Source: Candidatus Poribacteria bacterium
GTDB lineage: Bacteria; Poribacteria; WGA-4E; WGA-3G
Assembly: GCA_965215265.1 (NCBI GenBank)
Contig: OZ244048.1
Span: 400,917 to 464,916 of the forward strand
DNA length: 64,000 nucleotides
Reading direction: 5' to 3'
The notes under the pieces were generated by a model. It did no database searches. It was given only the letters and a program-made list of their open reading frames with translations, and was not told where the DNA came from. The translations under genes were made by a program, and so were the position numbers. This document shows positions 10,770 to 19,889 of the stretch, one piece after another. Each line of letters opens with the position of its first letter. Within the stretch, counting starts at the first letter, position 1.

Positions 10770-11753
10770 ATGCAGACCTTTTTGACACAAGCAAACGAGG
10801 AACAAAAAAGTAATATGCAAGAGACGTATCCAGACCTTTTTGGGGCATCGCTAAGACTGTTATTCTTACAATCTCTTAGGAGCCAGGGAAAGTACAAATA
10901 TGCACGTTACCGCGGACTTCCGCTGCGGTATGCAGGTGGGAAAAGTCTCGGCGTGGGACACGTCATAGAGCAAATTCCGGATGGCCTGGAGAGACTCGTT
11001 TCCCCTTTTATGGGTGGTGGTGCCGTTGAAATTGCCTGTGCAAAAGAACTCGGCATGCAGGTTCGTGCCTATGATATCTTCGATATCCTTGTAAACTATT
11101 GGCACATCCAACTGAGTGCCGGTGGAAAACTTGCCACACGTTTAGAACAGTGGAAACCGACAAAAGCACAATATGCAGAGATTAAGAGCAGACTCAAGGC
11201 ACATTGGAACGGTGAGCAGCCTATTTCAGACGCGTTAGAATTGGCGGCACATTACTGGTTCAACCATAATCTCTCCTACGGACCCGGATTTCTCGGATGG
11301 ATGTCGAAAATTTGTGAGTCGCCTGAGAAATACGCCAGATCCGTGAATGCAGTACGCAATTTCCGATGTCCCTCCCTGTCCGTTCGCACAGGAAGTTTCG
11401 AGGAGACTATCTCTTGTCATCCCGCGGATTTCCTCTACTGTGATCCGCCCTACTACCTTGATGAGGGTAAGATGTTCCGAGGTATCTACCCACAACGCAA
11501 TTTCCCTGTGCATCATAACGGGTTCAGACATGAACTGCTCCGAGACTTGCTCCATAACCACAAGAGTGGTTTTGTTCTCTCTTACAACGATTGCAAGACG
11601 ATACGGAAATGGTATGCCGGGTTTCGGATCCTCGAGGTCGAATGGCAGTATACCTTAGGACAAGGCGAAACCCGCATTGGCAAAAATAGGATTGAGAATG
11701 GGACAGGACATGTCAAACGGTCTCATGAACTCCTAATTATAAAGGAAACATGA
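10770..11753 (+). CDS. Dam-family (D12 class, alpha group) N6-adenine DNA methyltransferase
   Basis: Motif I LRYAGGKS...SPFMGGGAV and motif IV LYCDPPYY, in the order typical of Dam/DpnIIA-like enzymes. Confidence 0.85.
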   Translation: MQTFLTQANEEQKSNMQETYPDLFGASLRLLFLQSLRSQGKYKYARYRGLPLRYAGGKSLGVGHVIEQIPDGLERLVSPFMGGGAVEIACAKELGMQVRAYDIFDILVNYWHIQLSAGGKLATRLEQWKPTKAQYAEIKSRLKAHWNGEQPISDALELAAHYWFNHNLSYGPGFLGWMSKICESPEKYARSVNAVRNFRCPSLSVRTGSFEETISCHPADFLYCDPPYYLDEGKMFRGIYPQRNFPVHHNGFRHELLRDLLHNHKSGFVLSYNDCKTIRKWYAGFRILEVEWQYTLGQGETRIGKNRIENGTGHVKRSHELLIIKET

Positions 11754-11757
11754 CATC

Positions 11758-12141
11758 ATGGCGAGAAGGGCGATGACCTCGGAACAAGCGTCATCTAAGA
11801 AAAAAAGCGGGCACGCTAACGAAAATCACTTTGCCGAACTGATTGGTGGAGTCGTTTTGGCTTCAACAAGAAAGACTGACGTAATAGACCAACAACACCG
11901 AACCCACTCTGTGAAAAGTGGGCAATGGTGGCAAATTTTCCTTTATGCAAGATCTAGACTGGTAACCAACACGATTTTTCAGGATATAGGAGAGCTTGCA
12001 GACCTCATGATTCAATGCATCGATGCTTTTCCTGAAAATTTCAGCGATTATAAGATGGATAAACAGTCAGCGAAATACCGTTTACAGGAGCCGATGCATC
12101 TTCTGAAAGAGGAGATTGAGAAACCTGAGATAGACGATTAA
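11758..12141 (+). CDS. hypothetical 127-aa protein immediately downstream of the Dam-like MTase (possible remnant of an R-M partner)
   Basis: 4-nt gap after the MTase stop, same strand. No motif I recognise. Confidence 0.35.
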   Translation: MARRAMTSEQASSKKKSGHANENHFAELIGGVVLASTRKTDVIDQQHRTHSVKSGQWWQIFLYARSRLVTNTIFQDIGELADLMIQCIDAFPENFSDYKMDKQSAKYRLQEPMHLLKEEIEKPEIDD

Positions 12142-12189
12142 ATACGTTAGGTGAAAAAAAATCCATAGAGATTTAGTACAGAGGTAACT

Positions 12190-12978
12190 ATGAAAAAAGG
12201 AATATGTATCGGTTCACTACCGGGTAATTCTACAGAGGCTCGGTTTAAGCTCGCGAAAGCCGCCGGATTTGACGGGGTTGAAATCGGCACACTCGGAGAT
12301 GATGCCGACCGGCACCAAACAAAACAACTCGCAGCACAACACCATTTGGAACTTTTCAGCGTAATGAACCAGAAACACTGGTCGCATCCCCTTTCCGATG
12401 CAGATGAAGCCGTTCGTGCAGCATCGCACGAAGGTATGCTGGATTCCATGGCGACCGCGAAAACCATCGGGGCAGATGCAGTGCTACTTGTCCCAGCTGT
12501 TGTCAACGAAGCCACTCCGTACGAAGCAGCGTATGAACGTTCACAGACCGAAATTCGCAAACTTATTCCGCGCGCCACCGAATACGGGCTCACCATTGCG
12601 ATAGAAAACGTCTGGAATAAATTTCTGCTCAGCCCGATTGAATTTGCCCAATATCTTGATGAATTTGAGAGTGACGCTGTCGCTGCTTACTTTGACGTTG
12701 GTAATATCGTGCTGTATGGGTATCCGCAACAGTGGATCCGCTCTTTGGGTTCCCGGATTTCCAAAGTACACGTGAAAGGGTTCAACGCGAACACCCGTCA
12801 ATTCACCTATCTCATTGAAGATTGCACAATTGATTGGAACGAAGTGATGACGGCACTTGCGGATGTCGGTTACGATGACTATATGACAGCGGAACTGCCT
12901 ATTGATGCAGAGGACCCGGACGGAACCGTACATCAAATTAGCGAGGACATGGACAATATTATTGCTGGCAAAGTTTAA
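12190..12978 (+). CDS. sugar phosphate isomerase/epimerase (xylose isomerase-like TIM barrel)
   Basis: AP-endonuclease-2/XI-like TIM-barrel pattern (GFDGVEI..., IAIENVWNKF, HVKG). Confidence 0.75.
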   Translation: MKKGICIGSLPGNSTEARFKLAKAAGFDGVEIGTLGDDADRHQTKQLAAQHHLELFSVMNQKHWSHPLSDADEAVRAASHEGMLDSMATAKTIGADAVLLVPAVVNEATPYEAAYERSQTEIRKLIPRATEYGLTIAIENVWNKFLLSPIEFAQYLDEFESDAVAAYFDVGNIVLYGYPQQWIRSLGSRISKVHVKGFNANTRQFTYLIEDCTIDWNEVMTALADVGYDDYMTAELPIDAEDPDGTVHQISEDMDNIIAGKV

Positions 12979-13763
12979 TGGAAATTATTATTCAATCGAC
13001 ATATCAGAAGTTAGTATGCGTGGCGGCAGATATAGTGCGCAGCGCACTTTTGAAAAAGTCCGACCTCGTTTTGGGGCTTGCCACGGGTAGTACGCCCCTC
13101 GGATTTTACAAAGAACTTGTACGGATGCATCAGGAGGACGGTCTCGATTTTTCAGCCGTAACCACTTTTAATTTGGACGAGTATGTCGGAATTCCTACGA
13201 CGCATCCTTACAGTTATCATACCTTCATGGAAACGCACTTTTTTCAGCATGTCAATATCGCGACTGCGAACCGGCATATCCCGCAAAGCACTGCAGATGC
13301 CCACGAGACTTTCTGTGAAGAATATGAGGCAGCGATTGCACGTGCCGGTGGCATCGACATTCAGCTCCTCGGCATCGGGATAGACGGCCATATCGGCTTC
13401 AATGAACCCAGTTCCTCCCTCGGCTCCCGTACCCGAATTAAGACGTTGACGCGAAGTACCTTGGAGGCGAACACCCCGCATTTCGGGGGCGATACGGGTT
13501 CAGTACCCACCATGGCCATTACAATGGGCGTCGGGACTATCATGGAAGCAAAGAAATGTCTACTATTAGCCAGCGGAGAGTCAAAGGCGGCCGCGGTCGC
13601 TGCAGCAGTGGAGGGCCCTATTACCGCAGAAGTACCTGCTTCGGTGTTGCAGATGCATCCGCGAGCCGTGGTCCTAACTGACAATGCAGCAGCATCCCAA
13701 CTCAAGCGCATAGATTATTACAAACAGGTTTACACCAATAAGCAGAAACTTCTGCGGATGTAA
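12978..13763 (+). CDS. nagB: glucosamine-6-phosphate deaminase
   Basis: LGLATGSTPLGFY, NLDEYVGIP and LLGIGIDGHIGFNEP signature motifs. Confidence 0.85.
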   Translation: MEIIIQSTYQKLVCVAADIVRSALLKKSDLVLGLATGSTPLGFYKELVRMHQEDGLDFSAVTTFNLDEYVGIPTTHPYSYHTFMETHFFQHVNIATANRHIPQSTADAHETFCEEYEAAIARAGGIDIQLLGIGIDGHIGFNEPSSSLGSRTRIKTLTRSTLEANTPHFGGDTGSVPTMAITMGVGTIMEAKKCLLLASGESKAAAVAAAVEGPITAEVPASVLQMHPRAVVLTDNAAASQLKRIDYYKQVYTNKQKLLRM

Positions 13764-13841
13764 ACCACATTTCGCTGTTGGAAACAAGACGTTCACAACC
13801 CCCATGCAATTTATTCGTATAACCTAACAGGCATTGAAATT

Positions 13842-14574
13842 TCAATTCGCCTCAATGACAGGCGGGCGCCTGCCGATGGACGGTGGTAGGAGCATCCGTT
13901 GCTGTTGCTCGCTCAACTCACCGTATTTGCTGATGTCATAATAGTTGCTGGACCACGCCGAGTGTCCCGGACTATACTTATACAACAAGGCGCGCCGCTC
14001 ATGGTTAGCCTGCCAGGGCATCGTGCCGTGAATGAGGGCCTCGGTGAAAAAGAGCACGTCGCCGGCTCCAACAGCCGGTTGGACGACGTAGTGTGCCGGC
14101 TCCTCGAAACGTCGGACCGCTTTGGGGAGCTGTGTTGGAAAGTTGCACTTGTGGCTAGCGGGGATACAAGCAAACCCGCCGGCTCCTTCAGGCGCGTCTG
14201 CCAAATTGTATGTCATTACAGACAGCCCATTCCGCATAAAACCGTCGCGATACTTGTACCAATGATCTCCGACGTGCCCGCCGGCGCGTCCGCCATCCTC
14301 ACCACCGTGTAGCCCGCCGCGTCCTTCGCCCTTACTCATGAAAATAGCATAATCGTGGTCCAGACGGACGTGCGGTCCTAGGAGTTCGATGAGATACGGC
14401 AAAATTTTCGGATGGTCGCTTAAACGGCTCACCCCAGAGGCTCGGCGGGCCCGAACGCTCGCCACCATCAATGATCGCGTTCATTTCCGCGACTTCATCA
14501 TCCGTTAAAACGTCCTTTATTACCAGATATCCTTCAAGATCGACTCTAAATTTTTCTTCGCTTGTCATATACAC
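13842..14574 (-). pseudogene. phytanoyl-CoA dioxygenase (PhyH) family gene interrupted by a frameshift
   Basis: The N-terminal part is in ORF 14332..14574 (YLVIKDVLTDDEV). The rest is in ORF 13842..14471 (HPKILPYLIELLGP..., FACIPASH). The two overlap in different frames around 14400-14470. Confidence 0.5.
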
Positions 14575-14945
14575 AAACTCTCCTCCGTTAAAAACGAATG
14601 ATTTCCATTTTTATAAGATGATAACACATCTCACAGAGATATGTCAAATCGAGGAGTAAGGGGTTCTGATTGATCGCTTGGTTCTGTGGAATTTTCACTA
14701 CCAACGTACAAAAAGGCAAGAAACCATCCGGTTTTTGGATAGGGCATTTATAGTAACATCAACAAAGGTGCAAAATTTTATCGTGCTGCAAAAATGTTTG
14801 CCCTATTAGTCAAGCGGCAAACCAATCACCGACAGAGGTCCCGCGTTTCGGCGAGACTAATACCTACAACCTATCAAGCCATGGGTAGAAAAACTGACAT
14901 CGGTATGTTCGAACGTGGAGATGGAAAAATTGGGTAATGTATCTG

Positions 14946-15650
14946 CTACACAAAAGGCTCAAGTAAAACTCGAAATTTATTGACACAAGAGGCCACGTTT
15001 TCTATTGGAAGCTCCTTAAAGTGTTGTGGCTTATGTATTTCTCTGTTCGATTTTCTATTACTATCAAGCAGAGTTATGATTTCCAGACTTACCGTCGGAG
15101 TGTGAGACAGTAACGTATGCGTTGATTCACTACCTAATTGCTCCGGTTTACTAACTTCTCCGTAATCTCCACCTAAACCATTCTCGAGCTGAAATACACA
15201 AAATAGCAGGTCTGGATAAAGTAACTTCGCGATTAACTCAAAATCTTTCAAGGTTCTTTTGAGCATAGCATTTTCTATATATGACTTGCACTCTATGCCT
15301 AGAATTAACTTGTCATCTATCTTTACTGCTCTATCCAACTCTATTTTATAAACATATCTTTCCTTATTCTGTTCAATATGATGCCGGATAGATTCAAGAG
15401 TTAGATTTTTAACATAATTTTCTTCGATAGTGATAGTTCTTGTCCGTTTTCGTATATCGAAGCGGTCAGTCTCACCCCCTACTTCATGCCATGCTAAATG
15501 GACTATAGCATCCACAATATTCTCTACTAGTGCACCTTTTGCTCCCCGAATCTGTCCTGGAGTCATCTCGTACATTGAATATATGCTGCTGTTGTACAAC
15601 TCAACTATTGATTGATAGTCTGGATAAGTAAGCACATCATAGGTAGCCAT
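14946..15650 (-). CDS. putative Type II restriction endonuclease (PD-(D/E)xK fold)
   Basis: Co-directional, immediately downstream of a DNA MTase. Candidate catalytic D...(D)-x(n)-E-x-K in DDKLILGIECKSY. 234 aa. Confidence 0.5.
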   Translation of the reverse strand: MATYDVLTYPDYQSIVELYNSSIYSMYEMTPGQIRGAKGALVENIVDAIVHLAWHEVGGETDRFDIRKRTRTITIEENYVKNLTLESIRHHIEQNKERYVYKIELDRAVKIDDKLILGIECKSYIENAMLKRTLKDFELIAKLLYPDLLFCVFQLENGLGGDYGEVSKPEQLGSESTHTLLSHTPTVSLEIITLLDSNRKSNREIHKPQHFKELPIENVASCVNKFRVLLEPFV

Positions 15651-15733
15651 TTAGCTGTTCCATATCTTACAAGTGATTTGTAACTGCTCCGATATCAAGA
15701 ATTAAAGCCCTGAAATGCTTAAGTCAAGTTCAC

Positions 15734-16621
15734 TTACACTAAAAGGCGTAACCTATCCTCCGCCGTTTGGCAGTATTCGGGCGAAATGTCTATACCTAAG
15801 AAATGACGTTGGCTTTTAAACGCTGAAACACAAGTTGTTCCAGTCCCCGCGAAAGGATCGAGAATAGTATCTCCTCGGAAACTGAACAGCTTCAACACCC
15901 GATTCGCGAGTTCCTCTGGAAACATCGCAGGATGTCTAAATTTTCGCATATCGCGTTCCGGTGCGATCGTCCATTTCGCCGAGACCCACCGTTTGAAAGA
16001 CTCAGCGTCAATATCCGCATCTTTTGGATGCCCCGACTTTTTCAAAGACCCTTTGCAAAATATCTCTAAAAACTCCCACGTATATTTAAGGTAGGGGCTC
16101 GAGGGGCTTTTCCAACTCCCCCAAGCAGTATACTTACAATTGTAGTGATTTTTCTCCCATAGAATTTCACCCTTCCAGATCAGCTTCTTCCGTATAAAGT
16201 ACTGTGAAATAAGATGATGTGTCGGAATGTAATCCGAAAATAGCGGCTGAACGTTAACAACGATGCGGCCCCCATATTTCAGTATTCTGATGCATTCATC
16301 AAAGATACCGAACAACACCCTGAAGTAAGCGTCCCATGCAAAGGCATCCTCGGTTCCCTCGTAATCCAGACCAAAGTTGTAGGGCGGCGATGTGAAAATG
16401 AGGTCTATGCAATTGTCAGGCAGCTGCGTGAGAACAGTCTGTGAGTCGCCGCAGATAATTGTATCGGTAAACTCAGCAGGTAGGACATTACTCTCCTGAC
16501 TAAAATCATGCGTATTGGCATAATAGTACTTCCCACGTGCTGCTTCTTTCTGTTTCCGATTCCTAACTTTTCGTTCCATCGTGTTATCTCTCTTTTTCAA
16601 ATTGTTCTTTTGCTCAAACAT
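15734..16621 (-). CDS. DNA methyltransferase, N4-cytosine/N6-adenine beta class (N6_N4_Mtase family)
   Basis: Motif IV IFTSPPY lies near the N-terminus. Motif I DPFAGTGTT lies near the C-terminus, followed by FLGIDIS; this is the beta-class order. Confidence 0.85.
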   Translation of the reverse strand: MFEQKNNLKKRDNTMERKVRNRKQKEAARGKYYYANTHDFSQESNVLPAEFTDTIICGDSQTVLTQLPDNCIDLIFTSPPYNFGLDYEGTEDAFAWDAYFRVLFGIFDECIRILKYGGRIVVNVQPLFSDYIPTHHLISQYFIRKKLIWKGEILWEKNHYNCKYTAWGSWKSPSSPYLKYTWEFLEIFCKGSLKKSGHPKDADIDAESFKRWVSAKWTIAPERDMRKFRHPAMFPEELANRVLKLFSFRGDTILDPFAGTGTTCVSAFKSQRHFLGIDISPEYCQTAEDRLRLLV

Positions 16622-17050
16622 AGATGCTCTCTATAAAGTCCGTTCTACTTCCTGCTACAGTTGTGGGCAGAAAATGAGTCGTACTCATCTCAACAGGCTA
16701 TCGAATAGTATCACAGTTCCTGAGAAAAGTCAAATCTATTGTTTGGAAAATATGCAAACGTCTACCGATAGAGGTGCTGCAGCACGTTGTCTCTGAACCT
16801 CACGAAAAACCGAAATGGTGCGTCGACTCCTGATTTTTGACCGACTCTGCCGCAAAAATGCCGCCCCTATGAGTAGAGCGGCAAACTAATCTCCAGCCCA
16901 TGTAAAACCGTAAAGCAGGAAAAATATTCTTCAGTCTCATCCTCCATTAGATTCGTAATTTGCTCTAAACTTCCCAATAGGTCGTGGTCTTTCCCTCCTT
17001 GCGAGATACATCCGCCTATACAACCTATAGAATTATAGAATCTTTAGCAT

Positions 17051-17506
17051 TCACGCCTCCTCTCGTAGTAATTCATCAATTGCGTCAGAAAGATTCCAGA
17101 TTGGATCATCCTTTCCATCTTGCAGCATCCTGGCTATATGGGGGACCCCCGCCGCAGCGAGCCCATTCGCGATAGTCATCATGCGCCGTGGATTTTCCAC
17201 AACTTGCACGTCATCATCAACTGCTATAGCAATTAACATTACTGTCTGGAACCGCCAACTGTCTCGGTCAAAGATTGAACCTTGGATGAACGTGAAAGTT
17301 TCCTGTTTGGATAGGTTGACTAGTTCGAGTTCCTTTCGCACTGCAAACGATAATCCTGCAAACCATAAATCAACCATTCGCGGGAAAGGGCTTCGATCTA
17401 CACTTGCCTGTCTACTTGTTTGGCAGTAACGATCATAAACATCGCGCTGAGTCTTAGGGGCGATTAAATCCATACTAGCAAAGGGATTATGATATTGCTG
17501 TGCCAC
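17051..17506 (-). CDS. hypothetical 151-aa protein, last gene of the putative PT-like defense operon (DndE-like by position only)
   Basis: 23 nt after the SMC-like ATPase gene on the same strand. No recognisable motif. Confidence 0.4.
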   Translation of the reverse strand: MAQQYHNPFASMDLIAPKTQRDVYDRYCQTSRQASVDRSPFPRMVDLWFAGLSFAVRKELELVNLSKQETFTFIQGSIFDRDSWRFQTVMLIAIAVDDDVQVVENPRRMMTIANGLAAAGVPHIARMLQDGKDDPIWNLSDAIDELLREEA

Positions 17507-17528
17507 TGTCTACCTCCTAAGATATTGG

Positions 17529-19637
17529 TTACACTTCTGTTTCTACATCCATTCGCCGCTGGCACAAGCGGCATTTCTTACGGTGATTGCATTCACACCG
17601 TAGTGTCTTACGTTGCTCTACCCGTGGATCATTAACTAAAATTCGCGGATAGTGTGCCGAGTTTGTCAACGTTATCACACGCCCTGCTTCTTCATCCAGA
17701 ATTTCTTCACAGTCTGCAATCTCGGAGCGCGTGAGAAATAGAATAAGCTGCGAGCTTTCCCGGATGGCAGTCCTAAGTACGGACCGCTTCACATAGCCGC
17801 TCATCATTCCGAGCGGTGTATCAAGCACATTCGGGGCTTCGACTTCACTAACCTTAGTTAGAGCAAGGATAAAGGCAAAGGTCAGTGCACGACGAGATGC
17901 ACCGTTAAGATCTTGGTCAGGGTTTAGCATTTGATTATTTAAACCGTAGACCAGAATATCATAATCCTTGCTGATTTCTGCCCTTTGAATGATCGCCCCT
18001 TGTTTTGGATCAGCACCGATCATTTCAAGAAAAATCTCGTTCATTTTACAGCTGACTTTCATCAATTCTTCATCTGTAATCCGGTCGTAGGACTTCTTCA
18101 GAACACTTTGTACATCGCGCGCCACATCCAGACTCGCAAGTATGTGTTTACCTTTCCTCTGTTTACTAAGAAGGTTATCGCGCCGCAATACCAAGCTTTT
18201 ACGCTCTTTTTTTAGTCCTTCAAGTTGTGTTTCAGCTCCCCCTAAACGACGGGAAAGGTGGGTCTTCTGGTCAGTGTAGTCCTGCTCGGTAGAGCGAAGA
18301 CCCTGAATATTGATGTCAGGTATAAGGTCCAACTGTGCTTCAAGATCCTTAAGTTTTTCACCTTGTTCATCGCGTTTCCTTTTAAGTTTATCTCGGCACT
18401 CCACGATTTTCTCGTACTCAGCAATCCAATCCTTATTGTTAGCGGTTTCATCCAGTTGCAAGTCACGCGAACCGTAATAGAGGTCAGTGAGCTTACTTTG
18501 AAGAACATCTGCTTGTTGGCTTTCATCAATCAGGCACTGGATGTGGTCTCTTCGCTTCTTGCCATCAACTGTCTGTGAATCTAACGACTCACCACAAATG
18601 CAAGTAATTCCCTGGAGACGCTCTTCCAAGACAGGAATGGTTGCACTAGGAATCTTGCCCTGAGTGTGCAACTTACTTAGCTTTTCAAGGCTTTTTTTCA
18701 ACGTCGGAGCAAGCAGGTCGCGTGAGAAGAACATACCTCTAAAAAGGTGAGAATGTTTTTGACCAGCAGCAGCGAGATTCTTGTCAAGTTGCTTTAGCTG
18801 CACCTTGGTTTCTGCAATATCGATTTTAAGTTTTTCCCGGTCGCCCTTAACTAATGCGATTTCAATTTGTTCCCGGGTTCCCTCAATTTGTTTATGAATC
18901 GCGGCAATCTGCGATTTATAATCGACTATGTTTTTCTCAAGCTTCCTATACGCGGTTTCTATCTCTTCCAATTCTGCAGCAACGCTTGTGAGTTCCTTAT
19001 GGATGTCAAGTGATTTTGCTGCTTTGTTGAAGTCAGAAATTGTCGTTTTTATATGTGACCTGGCCTTGTCAATGTAATTCAGTCCCAAAAGCGAACGGAT
19101 TGCTTTTTCAACGCGATCTCGCTTGATTTTTTCTGATGCAGTTGCTTCAATGAAACTGAGTGCTCGATCACCGTCAGTAAAGAACACCTCCCTTAGTTCA
19201 GGCGGAAGTTCTTCTTTAATCCGCACGTTAGGTTTATCCACGTCCTTGCTCCCCGTATCTGTTAATTCAAATAAACGGACCTCTGGATTATCCATTACAC
19301 CATCTAATTTTTCATAACCAGCCCGGATAATACGGTATCGTATAGTGTCATCCGGACCGCTCCGACTAAGCCTCTTTGTCTCAAATTCAACCTGTACAGA
19401 TATTGGAATTCGCTGACCATCTGCTGCGTCCCAATCGATCGGATGTAGACGGTAGTCTTTGCCCTTTTCTGGCAATGCATCATTACCATAAAGAGCCCAT
19501 TGAAGTCCATTGAGGATAGTGGTTTTTCCACTTTCGTTCTCTGCCCGAATAACCGTTAGCCTTTTATCCGTTGAAAAGTCTAACTTTAAATCACGTAGCA
19601 GACGGAAATTTTCAAATTGGGCACGGATAAGTTTCAT
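17529..19637 (-). CDS. SMC-like / DndD-like AAA ATPase with long coiled coil and Rad50-like CxC hook motif
   Basis: N-terminal FENFRLLRD...IRAENESGKTTILNGL (RecF/SMC_N-type Walker A). Long heptad-rich middle with TCICGE at the apex. C-terminal ABC signature/Walker B region and a Cys-rich tail (CECNHRKKCRLCQ). Confidence 0.7.
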   Translation of the reverse strand: MKLIRAQFENFRLLRDLKLDFSTDKRLTVIRAENESGKTTILNGLQWALYGNDALPEKGKDYRLHPIDWDAADGQRIPISVQVEFETKRLSRSGPDDTIRYRIIRAGYEKLDGVMDNPEVRLFELTDTGSKDVDKPNVRIKEELPPELREVFFTDGDRALSFIEATASEKIKRDRVEKAIRSLLGLNYIDKARSHIKTTISDFNKAAKSLDIHKELTSVAAELEEIETAYRKLEKNIVDYKSQIAAIHKQIEGTREQIEIALVKGDREKLKIDIAETKVQLKQLDKNLAAAGQKHSHLFRGMFFSRDLLAPTLKKSLEKLSKLHTQGKIPSATIPVLEERLQGITCICGESLDSQTVDGKKRRDHIQCLIDESQQADVLQSKLTDLYYGSRDLQLDETANNKDWIAEYEKIVECRDKLKRKRDEQGEKLKDLEAQLDLIPDINIQGLRSTEQDYTDQKTHLSRRLGGAETQLEGLKKERKSLVLRRDNLLSKQRKGKHILASLDVARDVQSVLKKSYDRITDEELMKVSCKMNEIFLEMIGADPKQGAIIQRAEISKDYDILVYGLNNQMLNPDQDLNGASRRALTFAFILALTKVSEVEAPNVLDTPLGMMSGYVKRSVLRTAIRESSQLILFLTRSEIADCEEILDEEAGRVITLTNSAHYPRILVNDPRVEQRKTLRCECNHRKKCRLCQRRMDVETEV

Positions 19638-19653
19638 TGGATAGCCCTCCTCC

Positions 19654-19878
19654 CTATTTTAGTTGATTCCGGCTCTCTGCAAGAGAGTCGCCAGTCTTTT
19701 GACAAATTTCGCGTATTTTTTGGTGAATAGGTGTCATCTTCAAAAGATGTTCCTTTTCGTGTTCGAGGATTTTATCTATGGCACCAGCAAGTTCCTCCTT
19801 GTACCCATCGTACCTTTCCTCAATAGATTGGCATTCATGAAAGATAATGTCAAAGATTTTTTGTCTATTGAACAGCAT
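19654..19878 (-). CDS. hypothetical 74-aa protein between the helicase and the SMC-like ATPase
   Basis: 12-nt and 17-nt gaps to its neighbours on the same strand. No motif. Confidence 0.35.
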   Translation of the reverse strand: MLFNRQKIFDIIFHECQSIEERYDGYKEELAGAIDKILEHEKEHLLKMTPIHQKIREICQKTGDSLAESRNQLK

Positions 19879-19889
19879 GATTCTCTCCT

